A DNA stretch of 64,000 bases, from NCBI GenBank assembly GCA_963662945.1, contig OY759974.1, forward strand, positions 1,760,001 through 1,824,000, written 5' to 3'. How positions within the stretch are numbered: position 1 is the stretch's first letter; each line of letters starts with the position of its first letter. This DNA is from Arcobacteraceae bacterium (GTDB lineage Bacteria; Campylobacterota; Campylobacteria; Campylobacterales; Arcobacteraceae). The position numbers and the translations under genes are program-made. Below are positions 11,917 through 22,203 of the stretch, piece by piece. A model generated the notes under the pieces. It saw nothing but the letters and a program-made list of their open reading frames with translations, did not search any database and was not told the DNA's origin.

Positions 11917-12617
11917 TGGGTCAAAAAGTAAATCCTATTGGACTAAGATTAGGTATCAATAGAAACTGGGAAAGCAGATGGTTTCCAAACAAAGCTAAGA
12001 TGCCTGAAAATGTTGCAGAAGATAACAAAATAAGAAAGTTCGTTAAAAAAGAACTTTACTATGCTGGAGTTGCACAAACAATTATAGAAAGAACTACTAA
12101 AAAAGTTAGAGTTACTGTTGTTGCTGCAAGACCAGGTATTATCATCGGTAAAAAAGGTGCAGATGTTGAAAAACTAAAAAATAGTTTAAATGCATTAGTT
12201 GGAAAAGATATCGCTGTTAATATTAAAGAAGAAAGAAAACCTTTCCTTTCTGCTCAATTAGCTGCTGAAAACATTGGACAACAACTTGAGAGAAGGGTTG
12301 CATTTAGAAGAGCTATGAAAAGAGTTATGCAAAATGCAATTAAAGCTGGAGCAAAAGGTATTAAAGTATCTGTTTCAGGAAGACTTGGTGGAGCTGAGAT
12401 GGCTAGAACTGAATGGTATTTAGAGGGAAGAGTTCCTTTACATACTTTAAGAGCTAGAATTGATTATGGTTTCGCAGAAGGTCATACAACTTATGGATGT
12501 ATTGGTATTAAAGTTTGGATTTTCAAAGGTGAAGTTCTTGCAAAAGGAATTCCTGTTGAAAAAACTGAAGATGATAGCAATAAATCAAAAAGACCAACAA
12601 AAAGAAGAGGTAAATAA
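11916..12617 (+). CDS. rpsC: 30S ribosomal protein S3
   Basis: [23 protein letters not shown]. Confidence 0.99.
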   Translation: MGQKVNPIGLRLGINRNWESRWFPNKAKMPENVAEDNKIRKFVKKELYYAGVAQTIIERTTKKVRVTVVAARPGIIIGKKGADVEKLKNSLNALVGKDIAVNIKEERKPFLSAQLAAENIGQQLERRVAFRRAMKRVMQNAIKAGAKGIKVSVSGRLGGAEMARTEWYLEGRVPLHTLRARIDYGFAEGHTTYGCIGIKVWIFKGEVLAKGIPVEKTEDDSNKSKRPTKRRGK

Positions 12618-12619
12618 CC

Positions 12620-13045
12620 ATGTTAATGCCTAAAAGAACAAAATACAGAAAAGTAATGAAAGGTCGAAATAGAGGTACTTCTCATAGAGCTAACACTCTT
12701 GCGTACGGTGAATTTGGACTTAAAGCTTTAGAACATAGTAGAATTGATGCAAGACAAATCGAAGCATCGAGAATCTCTATGACAAGAAGAATGAACAGAC
12801 AAGGTAAAGTTTGGATTATGGTATTCCCACACAAACCTTTAACTAAAAGACCACTAGAAGTGAGAATGGGTAAAGGTAAAGGTCCAATTGAAAAGTATGT
12901 TATGAATATCAAACCAGGTAAAATTTGTTTTGAAATTGCTGGTGTACCAGAAGAGACTGCAAGAGCAGCTTTAGCATTAGCTCAAAGTAAACTTCCTTTT
13001 AAAACTAAGATAGTAACAAGAGAGGGTGAAAATGAATTATTCTGA
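12620..13045 (+). CDS. rplP: 50S ribosomal protein L16
   Basis: [18 protein letters not shown]. Confidence 0.99.
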   Translation: MLMPKRTKYRKVMKGRNRGTSHRANTLAYGEFGLKALEHSRIDARQIEASRISMTRRMNRQGKVWIMVFPHKPLTKRPLEVRMGKGKGPIEKYVMNIKPGKICFEIAGVPEETARAALALAQSKLPFKTKIVTREGENELF

Positions 13046-13217
13046 TATTAATGGAAAAACTTTACAAGAGTTAAATGATTTATTAAAAGAGAAAAAGGTG
13101 CTACTTTTTGAACTTAAACTTAAGTTAAAAACAATGCAATTAACAAATACAAGTGAATTAAGAGCTGTTAAAAAAGATATAGCTAAAATTCAAACTGCTA
13201 TTACAGCAGCTAAATAA
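13032..13217 (+). CDS. rpmC: 50S ribosomal protein L29
   Basis: [15 protein letters not shown]; operon position; ATG at 13032 preferred over GTG at 13026. Confidence 0.95.
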   Translation: MNYSDINGKTLQELNDLLKEKKVLLFELKLKLKTMQLTNTSELRAVKKDIAKIQTAITAAK

Positions 13218-13234
13218 ACTGAAGGATTAAAATT

Positions 13235-13492
13235 ATGAGTACACATAAAAGAGAAATCCAAGGTGTTGTGGTAAAAAGATCTGGAGAAAAAACAGCTTCT
13301 GTTCTTGTAACAAGAAACGTTTTACACCCAAAATACCATAAGACTGTAAAAAGATTTAAAAAATATTTAATTCATGATGAAAGAAACGAATTAAATATTG
13401 GTGATACTGTGATAGCAGTTGAGTGTAGACCTTTATCAAAAACAAAGTCTTACAGATTAAAAACTATAGTATCAACAGGAGTTAACGTATGA
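13235..13492 (+). CDS. rpsQ: 30S ribosomal protein S17
   Basis: [15 protein letters not shown]. Confidence 0.98.
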   Translation: MSTHKREIQGVVVKRSGEKTASVLVTRNVLHPKYHKTVKRFKKYLIHDERNELNIGDTVIAVECRPLSKTKSYRLKTIVSTGVNV

Positions 13493-13857
13493 TTCAAAGT
13501 TTTACTAGATTAAATGTTGCTGATAATACTGGTGCTAAAGAGATTATGTGTATCAAAGTTCTTGGTGGAAGCCATAGAAGATACGCAACTGTTGGAGACG
13601 TTATTGTTGCATCAGTTAAAAAAGCATTACCAGTTGGTAAAGTTAAAAGAGGTGCTGTTGTTAAGGCTGTTATCGTTAGAACTCACAAAGAGGTTCAAAG
13701 AGAAAATGGATCTTTAATTAGATTTGATGATAATGCAGCGGTTATTCTTAACGATAAAAGAGAACCAATAGGAACAAGAATCTTTGGACCAGTAGCGAGA
13801 GAAGTTAGATATGCTGGATTTATGAAAATTGTTTCACTAGCTCCGGAGGTATTATAA
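13489..13857 (+). CDS. rplN: 50S ribosomal protein L14
   Basis: [26 protein letters not shown]. Confidence 0.99.
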   Translation: MIQSFTRLNVADNTGAKEIMCIKVLGGSHRRYATVGDVIVASVKKALPVGKVKRGAVVKAVIVRTHKEVQRENGSLIRFDDNAAVILNDKREPIGTRIFGPVAREVRYAGFMKIVSLAPEVL

Positions 13858-14087
13858 TGGCAATGAAGATTAAAAAAGGTGATACTGTAAAAATTATCGC
13901 TGGTGATGACAAAGGTAAAACTGGTGAAGTTTTAGCTTGTTTCCCAAAAACAGGTAAAGTTATAGTTAAAGATTGTAAAATTGCTAAAAAAACAGTAAAA
14001 CCATCAGAAGAAAATAAAGATGGTGGATTTGTTAACAAAGAGATGCCAATAGATATCTCTAATGTAGCAAAAGTAGAAGGTGAGTAA
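13857..14087 (+). CDS. rplX: 50S ribosomal protein L24
   Basis: [23 protein letters not shown]. Confidence 0.97.
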   Translation: MAMKIKKGDTVKIIAGDDKGKTGEVLACFPKTGKVIVKDCKIAKKTVKPSEENKDGGFVNKEMPIDISNVAKVEGE

Positions 14088-14088
14088 G

Positions 14089-14637
14089 ATGGCAGCTAGA
14101 TTATATGAAAAATATAAAACTGAAGTTAAACCAGTTTTAGAAACTGAGTTTCCTCAGAATAAAACGTTAACTGCAGCAGTAGAGAAAGTAACTATATCTG
14201 TTGGTACAGGTTTTGCTATGAAAGATAGTAAACTTATCCAAAACATTACAGATACTATCTCTTTAATTGCAGGTCAAAAAGCTGTAGTTGTTAAATCTAA
14301 AAAATCTGTTGCTGGATTTAAAGTAAGAGAAGATATGCCTGTTGGTGTAAAAGTAACTTTAAGAAGTGATAGAATGTATGAATTTTTAGATAAATTATGT
14401 ACAATTGCACTTCCAAGAGTTAAAGACTTTAGAGGTCTTGATAAAAATGGTTTTGATGGATCAGGTAACTTTAACTTTGGTTTAGATGAGCAATTAATGT
14501 TCCCAGAAGTTGAGTTTGATAATATTATCCAAACACATGGTATGAATATTTCTATTACAACAACAACAAGTAGTGATGAGCAATCATACAGATTGTTAGA
14601 ATTAATGGGTATACCATTTACTAAAGGGAGAGCGTAA
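14089..14637 (+). CDS. rplE: 50S ribosomal protein L5
   Basis: [24 protein letters not shown]. Confidence 0.98.
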   Translation: MAARLYEKYKTEVKPVLETEFPQNKTLTAAVEKVTISVGTGFAMKDSKLIQNITDTISLIAGQKAVVVKSKKSVAGFKVREDMPVGVKVTLRSDRMYEFLDKLCTIALPRVKDFRGLDKNGFDGSGNFNFGLDEQLMFPEVEFDNIIQTHGMNISITTTTSSDEQSYRLLELMGIPFTKGRA

Positions 14638-14822
14638 TGGCAAAGAAGTCAATGATTGCAAAGCAACAAAGAGCACCTAAGTTTTCTAGTAGAGCTTACA
14701 CAAGATGTTCTGTTTGTGGTAGACCAAAATCTGTTTATAGAGATTTTGGACTTTGTAGAGTATGTTTAAGAAAAATGGCTAATGAAGGTTTAATACCTGG
14801 TATTAGAAAATCTAGCTGGTAA
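14637..14822 (+). CDS. rpsN: 30S ribosomal protein S14 (type Z, Zn-binding)
   Basis: 61 aa; CSVC...CRVC. Confidence 0.98.
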   Translation: MAKKSMIAKQQRAPKFSSRAYTRCSVCGRPKSVYRDFGLCRVCLRKMANEGLIPGIRKSSW

Positions 14823-14847
14823 GCTAAAAATTTAAGGAAAAAAGCCC

Positions 14848-15246
14848 ATGATGAATGATTTAATCGCAGACGCTTTAACAAGAATCAGAAATGCTGCAAT
14901 GAGAAAGTTAGAAACAACTACTCTTGTACATTCTAATACTGTAGAAGCTGTTTGTAATGTTTTAAAAGAAAAAGAGTATATAGAAGATTACAAAGTAGTT
15001 GATACAGATCCAAAGAAAAAAACTATATCAGTTACATTAAAATATGATGATAATGAAAAAAGTGTTATCAACGAATTAAAAAGAATTTCTAAGTCAGGTA
15101 GAAGAATTTACAAAAATGCTTCTGAACTTAAAAGTTTTAAAAATGGATACGGAACAATTATAGTAAGTACTAACAAAGGTATTATAAGCAATGATGAAGC
15201 TTATAAGCAAAATGTTGGTGGCGAAGTACTTTGTTCGGTTTGGTAA
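14848..15246 (+). CDS. rpsH: 30S ribosomal protein S8
   Basis: [18 protein letters not shown]. Confidence 0.98.
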   Translation: MMNDLIADALTRIRNAAMRKLETTTLVHSNTVEAVCNVLKEKEYIEDYKVVDTDPKKKTISVTLKYDDNEKSVINELKRISKSGRRIYKNASELKSFKNGYGTIIVSTNKGIISNDEAYKQNVGGEVLCSVW

Positions 15247-15255
15247 GGAGTAGTT

Positions 15256-15792
15256 ATGTCAAGAATTGGTAAAAAAGCTATAGAGATACCAAAAGGTATA
15301 GAAGTTTCAGTAAATGATACACTTATTACAGTTAAAAAAGGTAACAAATCTATTGATGTAGAAACACACGGTAGAGTTGGTGTTGAAGTAGCTGATAATA
15401 GTATTAATTTTTCACTTAAAGGTGAAGAGTCTCAAGATAAAGCATATTGGGGAACATATAGAGCTTTAACAAACAATGCAGTAATTGGTTTAAATGAAGG
15501 TTTTACAAAAAACTTAGAAATCAATGGTGTTGGTTATAGAGCTGCTGTAAAAGGAAATATTTTAGAATTACAATTAGGATTTTCTCACCCAATTAACTTT
15601 GAAATTCCAAGTGATATTGAAATTGCTGTGGAAAAAAACGTTATCAGTATCAAAGGTAGTAGCAAACAAGAAGTTGGACAAGTTGCTGCAAAAATTAGAG
15701 GTTTTAGACCACCAGAGCCATACAAAGGTAAAGGTGTGAAGTATTCTGACGAGCATATCATCAGAAAAGCCGGTAAAACAGCTAAGAAGTAG
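15256..15792 (+). CDS. rplF: 50S ribosomal protein L6
   Basis: [16 protein letters not shown]. Confidence 0.99.
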   Translation: MSRIGKKAIEIPKGIEVSVNDTLITVKKGNKSIDVETHGRVGVEVADNSINFSLKGEESQDKAYWGTYRALTNNAVIGLNEGFTKNLEINGVGYRAAVKGNILELQLGFSHPINFEIPSDIEIAVEKNVISIKGSSKQEVGQVAAKIRGFRPPEPYKGKGVKYSDEHIIRKAGKTAKK

Positions 15793-15804
15793 GGGTATAA
15801 AAAT

Positions 15805-16164
15805 ATGAGTAGAGCAAAAGATTTATTAAGAAGAGATGCCTTAAGATTAAGAAGAAAAAAAAGAGTTAGAGGTAAAGTTAACGGTGACGTTACAAAACCA
15901 AGATTAACTGTTTTTAAATCAAACAAATATTTTTATGCACAAGCTATAGATGATATAGCTGGTACTACATTAGCTTCAGCTGATAGTAGAGCGTTAAAAT
16001 TAACTGTGAGTAGAGAAAGTGTTGTAAAAGTTGCAGCTGCATTAGCTGAAACTTTAAAATCAAAAAATATTGAAACAGTAGTTTTTGATAAAAATGGATA
16101 CCTTTATCATGGTGTTGTAAAAGCTTTTGCTGATGCACTAAGAGATAATGGTATTAAATTATAA
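15805..16164 (+). CDS. rplR: 50S ribosomal protein L18
   Basis: PRLTVFKSN; FDKNGYLYHG. Confidence 0.97.
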   Translation: MSRAKDLLRRDALRLRRKKRVRGKVNGDVTKPRLTVFKSNKYFYAQAIDDIAGTTLASADSRALKLTVSRESVVKVAAALAETLKSKNIETVVFDKNGYLYHGVVKAFADALRDNGIKL

Positions 16165-16170
16165 GGGGCA

Positions 16171-16614
16171 ATGATGGCAATTAATAGAGATGATTTCGAA
16201 GAAGCTATCGTTAAGATTGGTAGAGTTACAAAAGTTGCTAAGGGTGGTAGAAGATTTAGATTTACTGCTTTAGTTGTTGTTGGTGATAAAAAAGGAACAG
16301 TTGGTTTTGGTGTAGGTAAAGCTAAAGAGGTTCCAGACGCTATTAAAAAAGCACTTGATGATGCATTTAAATCATTAGTTAAAGTTAACCTAAATGGTAG
16401 TACAATTAACCATGATATTGAATATAAGTATAATTCAAGTAAAATATTATTAAAACCAGCTAGCGAGGGTACAGGACTTATCGCTGGAGGTGCTGCTAGA
16501 CCAGTTCTAGAACTTGCAGGTGTTACTGATATTATTGCTAAGTCATTAGGTTCAAACAATCCTAACAACCTTGTTCAAGCTACAGTTGAAGCACTAGCTA
16601 AGATAAAAGGATAG
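16171..16614 (+). CDS. rpsE: 30S ribosomal protein S5
   Basis: [22 protein letters not shown]. Confidence 0.98.
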   Translation: MMAINRDDFEEAIVKIGRVTKVAKGGRRFRFTALVVVGDKKGTVGFGVGKAKEVPDAIKKALDDAFKSLVKVNLNGSTINHDIEYKYNSSKILLKPASEGTGLIAGGAARPVLELAGVTDIIAKSLGSNNPNNLVQATVEALAKIKG

Positions 16615-16617
16615 AAT

Positions 16618-17019
16618 ATGTCAATTTTACATGATTTACAACCAGCTGATGGTAGTACAAAAAATAGAAAAAGAGTAGGTAGAGGTCAAGGTTCAGGAAT
16701 GGGTAAGACTTCTACAAGAGGTCAAAAAGGTCAAAAGTCTAGATCTGGTTACAAGATTAAAAGACACTTTGAAGGTGGGCAAATGCCACTTCAAAAAAGA
16801 ACACCTAAAATTGGATTTTACTCAAGAGCAAATAAACCTTACTCTATCAATGTTGATAAAGTAAAAAAAGTTGCAAATCTTGAAGAGATCACAATGGAAA
16901 CAATTAGATCTGTTTATAAATTATCTAAAGATGTAACTAAAGTTAAACTTATAGGTTCAACTGTAAGTGAACTTGCATCTAAGATAAAAGATGAAAATGT
17001 AACAACAACTGGTAAATAA
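16618..17019 (+). CDS. rplO: 50S ribosomal protein L15
   Basis: [21 protein letters not shown]. Confidence 0.98.
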   Translation: MSILHDLQPADGSTKNRKRVGRGQGSGMGKTSTRGQKGQKSRSGYKIKRHFEGGQMPLQKRTPKIGFYSRANKPYSINVDKVKKVANLEEITMETIRSVYKLSKDVTKVKLIGSTVSELASKIKDENVTTTGK

Positions 17020-17024
17020 AACTT

Positions 17025-18287
17025 ATGAATAAAGATTTATTAAATAAAATTTTAATTACATTAGGTTTTATTTTAATATACAGGGTACTGGCTTATGTTC
17101 CAGTACCTGGTGTTGATTTAACTGTTGTAAAAGAATTCTTCGACACAAACTCAAACAATGCACTTGGTCTGGTTAATATGTTCAGTGGTAACGCTGTTGA
17201 AAGACTAAGTATAATCTCACTTGGTATCATGCCATATATTACAGCTTCAATTATTATGGAACTACTTGCAGCAACATTTCCAGCTCTTGGTAAAATGAAA
17301 AAAGAGCGAGATGGTATGCAAAAATATATGCAAATTATTAGATATGCAACAATAGGTATTACATTTGTTCAAGCAATAGGTGTATCTATGGGACTTAATT
17401 CTTTAACAGGAACAGCTGGTCAAAGTGCTATAATGATTGATATGGATACATTTGTTGCAGTTGCTACAATCTCAATGATTGCTGGTACTATGATGTTAAT
17501 GTGGATTGGTGAGCAAATTACACAAAGAGGTATTGGAAACGGTATATCTTTAATTATTTTTGCAGGTATAGTTTCTGCAATCCCAAGTGCAATTGGTGGT
17601 ACAATTGATTTAGTTAATAACGGTCAAATGAGCTTTTTAGTAGTTATAGCAATATTAGTTGTTATTTTAGCTACAGTTGGAGCTATTATCTATGTTGAAT
17701 TAGGTGAGAGAAGAGTACCTGTTTCATATAGTAGAAAAGTTATTATGCAAAATCAAAATAAAAAAATTATGAATTACATTCCTATAAAAGTAAATTTAAG
17801 TGGTGTAATTCCAGTAATTTTTGCAAGTGCTATTTTAATGTTCCCTGCAACAATTTTGCAAGGTACTCAAAATGCAACGTTAATAGCTATTTCTGATTAT
17901 CTAAATCCAAATAGTTATACTTTTAATTTATTAACATTTTTATTTGTTGTATTTTTTGCATATTTCTATGCTTCAATTACATTTAATGCAAAAGACATAT
18001 CAGAAAATTTAAAAAAACAAGGTGGTTTTATTCCAGGTATTAGACCAGGAACAGGAACAGCTGAATTTTTAAATGAAACAGCAAGTAGATTAACTCTTTG
18101 GGGTTCTGTTTATCTAGGTATGATAGCAACTGTACCTTGGCTTATTGTAAAAGCTATGGGTGTTCCATTTTTCTTTGGAGGAACAGCAGTTTTAATTGTT
18201 GTTCAAGTTGCAATTGATACTATGAGAAAAATAGAAGCTCAGCAATATACTAATAAATACAACACTCTTAGTGCTGTCGGTTTATAA
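17025..18287 (+). CDS. secY: Preprotein translocase subunit SecY
   Basis: LGIMPYITASII; GIGNGISL; IPGIRPG. Confidence 0.99.
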   Translation: MNKDLLNKILITLGFILIYRVLAYVPVPGVDLTVVKEFFDTNSNNALGLVNMFSGNAVERLSIISLGIMPYITASIIMELLAATFPALGKMKKERDGMQKYMQIIRYATIGITFVQAIGVSMGLNSLTGTAGQSAIMIDMDTFVAVATISMIAGTMMLMWIGEQITQRGIGNGISLIIFAGIVSAIPSAIGGTIDLVNNGQMSFLVVIAILVVILATVGAIIYVELGERRVPVSYSRKVIMQNQNKKIMNYIPIKVNLSGVIPVIFASAILMFPATILQGTQNATLIAISDYLNPNSYTFNLLTFLFVVFFAYFYASITFNAKDISENLKKQGGFIPGIRPGTGTAEFLNETASRLTLWGSVYLGMIATVPWLIVKAMGVPFFFGGTAVLIVVQVAIDTMRKIEAQQYTNKYNTLSAVGL

Positions 18288-18294
18288 TTAAACA

Positions 18295-19071
18295 ATGGCT
18301 ATTCCATTAAGAAAACCTCATGAAATTGAAAAACTTCGAACCGCAGGTCTTGCGGTTGCGAAGACTCTTAAATATCTTCAAGATAACGTAAAAGCAGGTA
18401 TGACACTATTAGAAGTAGATGCAATGGCTGAAAAGTGTTTAAATGATTTAGGTGCAAGAGCTGCATTTAAAGGTTTATATGGTTTCCCAGGTGCTATATG
18501 TACTTCTCTTAACGAAGTTGTAATTCATGGAATTCCTGATAACACAGTTTTAAAAGATGGAGATATTTTAGGTCTTGATATTGGTAGTGAGATTGATGGT
18601 TGGTATGGTGATGCTGCTATTACTATGCCAATTGGTACAATTAGTAAAGAAGATGAAGATCTAATTGCTTGTAGTAAAGATGCTTTATACTATGCAATTG
18701 ATATTATAAAGCAAGGTATGAGATTCAAAGAGTTAAGTTTGGCACTTGAAGAATTTATTTTAGGGCGTGGATATGTACCTTTAATAAAATTTTGTGGTCA
18801 TGGTATAGGGCGAGAGCCACATTGTGATCCTGAAGTACCAAATTATCTTGATAGTCCAAATGCAAAACAAGGTCCTAAAATAAAAAATGGAATGGTGTTT
18901 TGTATTGAGCCTATGATATGTCAAAAAGATGAAGAGCCAGTTATTGATCCAAAAGATAAATGGTCAGTGAGAAGTAGTGATGGTCTTAGAACAAGTCATT
19001 ATGAACATCAAGTTGCAATAGTAGATGGTAAAGCCCAAATACTTACACAAATAGAAGATAAGATAAATTAA
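18295..19071 (+). CDS. map: Type I methionyl aminopeptidase
   Basis: NEVVIHGIP; GHGIG; IEPM; HYEH. Confidence 0.97.
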   Translation: MAIPLRKPHEIEKLRTAGLAVAKTLKYLQDNVKAGMTLLEVDAMAEKCLNDLGARAAFKGLYGFPGAICTSLNEVVIHGIPDNTVLKDGDILGLDIGSEIDGWYGDAAITMPIGTISKEDEDLIACSKDALYYAIDIIKQGMRFKELSLALEEFILGRGYVPLIKFCGHGIGREPHCDPEVPNYLDSPNAKQGPKIKNGMVFCIEPMICQKDEEPVIDPKDKWSVRSSDGLRTSHYEHQVAIVDGKAQILTQIEDKIN

Positions 19072-19082
19072 AGGAATAATTG

Positions 19083-19301
19083 ATGGCTAAAGATGATGTA
19101 ATTGTTGTTGATGGTAAGGTTATTGAAGTTTTACCAAATGCAACATTTAGAGTTGAATTAGACAATGGTCATGTAGTATTATGTCACATCTCAGGAAAGA
19201 TGAGAATGCACTATATAAAAATACTCTTAGGAGATACAGTAAAAGTTGAGATTACACCTTACTCATTAGATAAAGGTAGAATTACTCATCGATATAAATA
19301 G
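19083..19301 (+). CDS. infA: Translation initiation factor IF-1
   Basis: [21 protein letters not shown]. Confidence 0.98.
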   Translation: MAKDDVIVVDGKVIEVLPNATFRVELDNGHVVLCHISGKMRMHYIKILLGDTVKVEITPYSLDKGRITHRYK

Positions 19302-19328
19302 TTTTATATAAAATAAAACTATTTATAT
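19292..19328. repeat. Perfect 16-bp inverted repeat overlapping the infA stop
   Basis: ATATAAATAGTTTTAT / ATAAAACTATTTATAT with a 5-nt loop. Confidence 0.75.
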
Positions 19329-19335
19329 AAATTTT

Positions 19336-19364
19336 AAAGTTGTAATCATTACAACTTTTCTTTT
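19336..19364 (+). terminator. Intrinsic terminator of the ribosomal cluster
   Basis: AAAGTTGTAA-TCA-TTACAACTTT followed by TCTTTT, between convergent genes. Confidence 0.65.
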
Positions 19365-19390
19365 CAAATAAACAATCATTTTACAACTTA

Positions 19391-19621
19391 TTACGAAACT
19401 TTTTTCTGTTCTGTACTAATTCGATCTTCAAGTTTTTTCTTTTGATCTATTAAGAACATAATATTTTCTTTCAAAGCCGCTTTATGCTCATACGAATCTA
19501 TAATAAACTCATATAATTTAGGACGATTTTGCTTCCAGTTATGCAATGTTGTTTTATTTACCTCTAGGTCACTTTCTAGTTTTCTCAAACTTGGTCCGGT
19601 TTTTACGTTAGGTGCTGTCAT
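19391..19621 (-). CDS. Small putative HTH DNA-binding protein with C-terminal coiled coil (76 aa)
   Basis: SLRKLESDLEVNKTTLHNWK is HTH-like; AGGA RBS before ATG at 19621. Confidence 0.65.
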   Translation of the reverse strand: MTAPNVKTGPSLRKLESDLEVNKTTLHNWKQNRPKLYEFIIDSYEHKAALKENIMFLIDQKKKLEDRISTEQKKVS

Positions 19622-19650
19622 TTGATTCCTTGTGTTGATTTGTAGATAGA

Positions 19651-19679
19651 AGTGTACCAATTATTGGAACAAATGTCAA
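19651..19679 (-). promoter_or_regulatory. Sigma70 promoter of the HTH gene
   Basis: Minus strand reads TTGACA, 17-nt spacer, TACACT. Confidence 0.75.
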
Positions 19680-19713
19680 GTAAAATTATATAAATGTTCC
19701 AATAATTGGAACA
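19653..19713. promoter_or_regulatory. Two 19-bp palindromic operators
   Basis: TGTACCAATTATTGGAACA (19653-19671) and TGTTCCAATAATTGGAACA (19695-19713). Confidence 0.75.
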
Positions 19714-19758
19714 AAAGTTGATACAAGGGTAACTTTTGTATAATTCCTCGAGGTATTA

Positions 19759-20394
19759 ATGGTTAAAAAAAAGATAGTTCATTATTTAAATTTAAATAAG
19801 TGTTTTGGTATAGAATACTGTGAGCCACTCACATTTGATAAAAAAGTAAATTCTAATAGGGATTTACCAGATACGATAGAATCTCTTAATAATTATGTAG
19901 AATATTGTAATTTATGTGAGTTATCAAAACTTACAAAAAAGAAAACACTTGGATTTGGTAACAGAGATAGCAAGATTTATATTGTAGCTACATCTTGTGA
20001 TTTCCAAAATGAAAATATCTTAAAACTGTTAAAGTCAATTATTGAAAATATTTTAGAGTTAAATATTCAAGATGTTTATCTTACGAATTTAATTAAATGT
20101 GATATTCCATTACAAAACAATATAAATAATAATCATATCGATTTATGTAAAGAGTATTTTATAAAACAAGTTGATATAATTAGACCCAAGTTTATAATAG
20201 CTTTGGGTGATGTGTCTAGTTATTTATTGAAAAATGAAAACAATGTCTCTTATATATATGGTAATAGTTATGATTATAACGGTTTGAACTTTATACCAAT
20301 GCTAGATTTAGAGTATGTTTATAAAAATCCATCTTATCAAGATGAACTCTATAAAGATTTTAAAAAATTCAAAATATTAATGGGGCAAAAATGA
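19759..20394 (+). CDS. Uracil-DNA glycosylase family 4-like protein (degenerate active site)
   Basis: CNLC, YLTNLIKC, C..YF..Q...IRPKFIIALG; lacks GEGPG and HP motifs. Confidence 0.7.
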   Translation: MVKKKIVHYLNLNKCFGIEYCEPLTFDKKVNSNRDLPDTIESLNNYVEYCNLCELSKLTKKKTLGFGNRDSKIYIVATSCDFQNENILKLLKSIIENILELNIQDVYLTNLIKCDIPLQNNINNNHIDLCKEYFIKQVDIIRPKFIIALGDVSSYLLKNENNVSYIYGNSYDYNGLNFIPMLDLEYVYKNPSYQDELYKDFKKFKILMGQK

Positions 20395-21497
20395 AATATT
20401 TAATTTATGTATTTATATATTTATTTGTATTTGTAGGTTGTACACAAAAAACAACGCAAACAGCAACACCACAAAAAAGTTTTAATTCTTCTATAAATAC
20501 AATACAACAAACAAATCAAATTTTACAAACAAAAATCCCATCAAATGAATTGGAAGATATTAGTATTATACAAAATAATATTATTGCAATTGTGTATCCA
20601 TCTGTAAATATTGGTAAATATGCATTAGAAGCTACAAATAGTATTAACACTTATTTACTTTATAAAGGAAAACCTTTTTCAATAGAAACATACGATATGT
20701 TTTTTCAAAATGAACAAAATATTATCAAAACATTCAAGCAAATTGAAGAAAAAAACATTACAAAAGTTATTGCAATGATAACTAAAGAACAACTATTAGT
20801 TTTAAATAGTGTACCAAATATAGATAAAATCAATATCTATTTACCACTTATTAATAAGTATGAAGTATCAGATATAAATAAGTTAAATAATTTACATCTC
20901 ACTTTTGGTGGTATAAGTTATGATGAGCAATTTAAAAAATTATTTGGATACTCTCAAGGGAGACAATTAGTTGAGTTTTATGATAATACTCAAATAGGAA
21001 GTTTTTTACATGGCTTTTTAAAATCACAAAAAGTAGCTTACACAAAAATTATTGATGATAATAATGGCTTATATCAATATTTTTTAAAAGGGAATAGGTA
21101 TGTAAATAATTCAAGTATTATTTTAAATACACCTATCGTAAAAAGTTCAATACTTTTATCATCTATAACAGCCCAAGAGTTATCTCCAGCTATGGTACTA
21201 TCAACACAGTTAAATTACACACCTTTGATTTTTTCCTTAACACAAACAATGGATAGAAAAAATTTAATAGTAGCAAATTCTATAGGAAAAATTCCATTAG
21301 AATTAATAGAATATAGTGAGATATTGGGAAATAGTATTTCGTATAATTGGGTAAATTATTCATCAATTATTGGAGCAGAATTATTATCAACAAATAATAT
21401 AGATTTCTTCGAAGATTTAAAAATAAAGGATAATCAAGTTGTGTATCCTGTAAATCTTTATGAGGTTAATGATAATTCATTTAGCCTCATAAAATAG
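20391..21497 (+). CDS. Conserved hypothetical lipoprotein (possible periplasmic-binding fold)
   Basis: Lipobox FVGC; 368 aa; start overlaps the upstream stop (ATGA). Confidence 0.6.
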   Translation: MKYLIYVFIYLFVFVGCTQKTTQTATPQKSFNSSINTIQQTNQILQTKIPSNELEDISIIQNNIIAIVYPSVNIGKYALEATNSINTYLLYKGKPFSIETYDMFFQNEQNIIKTFKQIEEKNITKVIAMITKEQLLVLNSVPNIDKINIYLPLINKYEVSDINKLNNLHLTFGGISYDEQFKKLFGYSQGRQLVEFYDNTQIGSFLHGFLKSQKVAYTKIIDDNNGLYQYFLKGNRYVNNSSIILNTPIVKSSILLSSITAQELSPAMVLSTQLNYTPLIFSLTQTMDRKNLIVANSIGKIPLELIEYSEILGNSISYNWVNYSSIIGAELLSTNNIDFFEDLKIKDNQVVYPVNLYEVNDNSFSLIK

Positions 21498-21500
21498 TTG

Positions 21501-22124
21501 CTATAAATGAGATAAAATTTGAGTTAAATCTTTTTTATCTATAATAATATTAGCTTCTTTTTTTAATATCTCTTTTGCACAAAAAGCTACTCTTTTATCT
21601 GCAAACTTAAACATACTTCTGTCATTTGCACCATCTCCAACAACAAGTGTATCAGCTCTTCCTACATTAAGAAGTCTTTGGATTCTTTGTATCATTTCCC
21701 CTTTACTATAATCAAACATCATTTCACCACCAACAAGCCCAGTTAATAAACCATCTTTTTGATGTAAAATATTTGAAAAATCAGCATCTAAACCAAGTTT
21801 TTCCTTTGCAGGTTCAGTTCCAACTCTAAATCCACCACTAAAACAAACCACTTTATATCCCATATCTTTGAGTTTTGTCACAGTTTCAAGTGCCCCTGGC
21901 ATTAAAGGTAAATCTCGTCCAATTTTTACAACTTTTTCATACTCTAAACCTTTTAGAAGTTCAACTCTTGTAATTAAACTTTCAAAAAAATCAAGTTCAC
22001 CTCTCATCGCTTTTTCAGTGATAGTTGCAACTTTTTCTTCTAGTCCAAGTTCTGCTGCAAAAAAATCTATTGTTTCTCCATCCATAAGTGTAGAATCAAA
22101 ATCAAATACTGCTAGTTTATTCAA
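21501..22124 (-). CDS. serB: Phosphoserine phosphatase
   Basis: DFDSTL; SGGF; GDGAND. Confidence 0.95.
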   Translation of the reverse strand: MNKLAVFDFDSTLMDGETIDFFAAELGLEEKVATITEKAMRGELDFFESLITRVELLKGLEYEKVVKIGRDLPLMPGALETVTKLKDMGYKVVCFSGGFRVGTEPAKEKLGLDADFSNILHQKDGLLTGLVGGEMMFDYSKGEMIQRIQRLLNVGRADTLVVGDGANDRSMFKFADKRVAFCAKEILKKEANIIIDKKDLTQILSHL

Positions 22125-22203
22125 GTGGGTTCCTTTGGGTAATCATAATTTATTACCTTTATGATATAATTTAGGAATTATACCTAAAAAGGATTAAACA
22201 TAA

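Noticed and set aside
16614-16618. No rpmD (L30) between rpsE and rplO, and no adk after secY
   Set aside because: Usual arrangement in Campylobacterota, so not novel
8657-17019. Higher GC and distinct codon usage
   Set aside because: Expected bias of highly expressed ribosomal genes, not horizontal transfer
6563-19737. Identical 13-mer AAGGGTAACTTTT at 6563-6575 and 19725-19737 in two intergenic regions
   Set aside because: Only two copies, non-palindromic, and plausible by chance in AT-rich DNA
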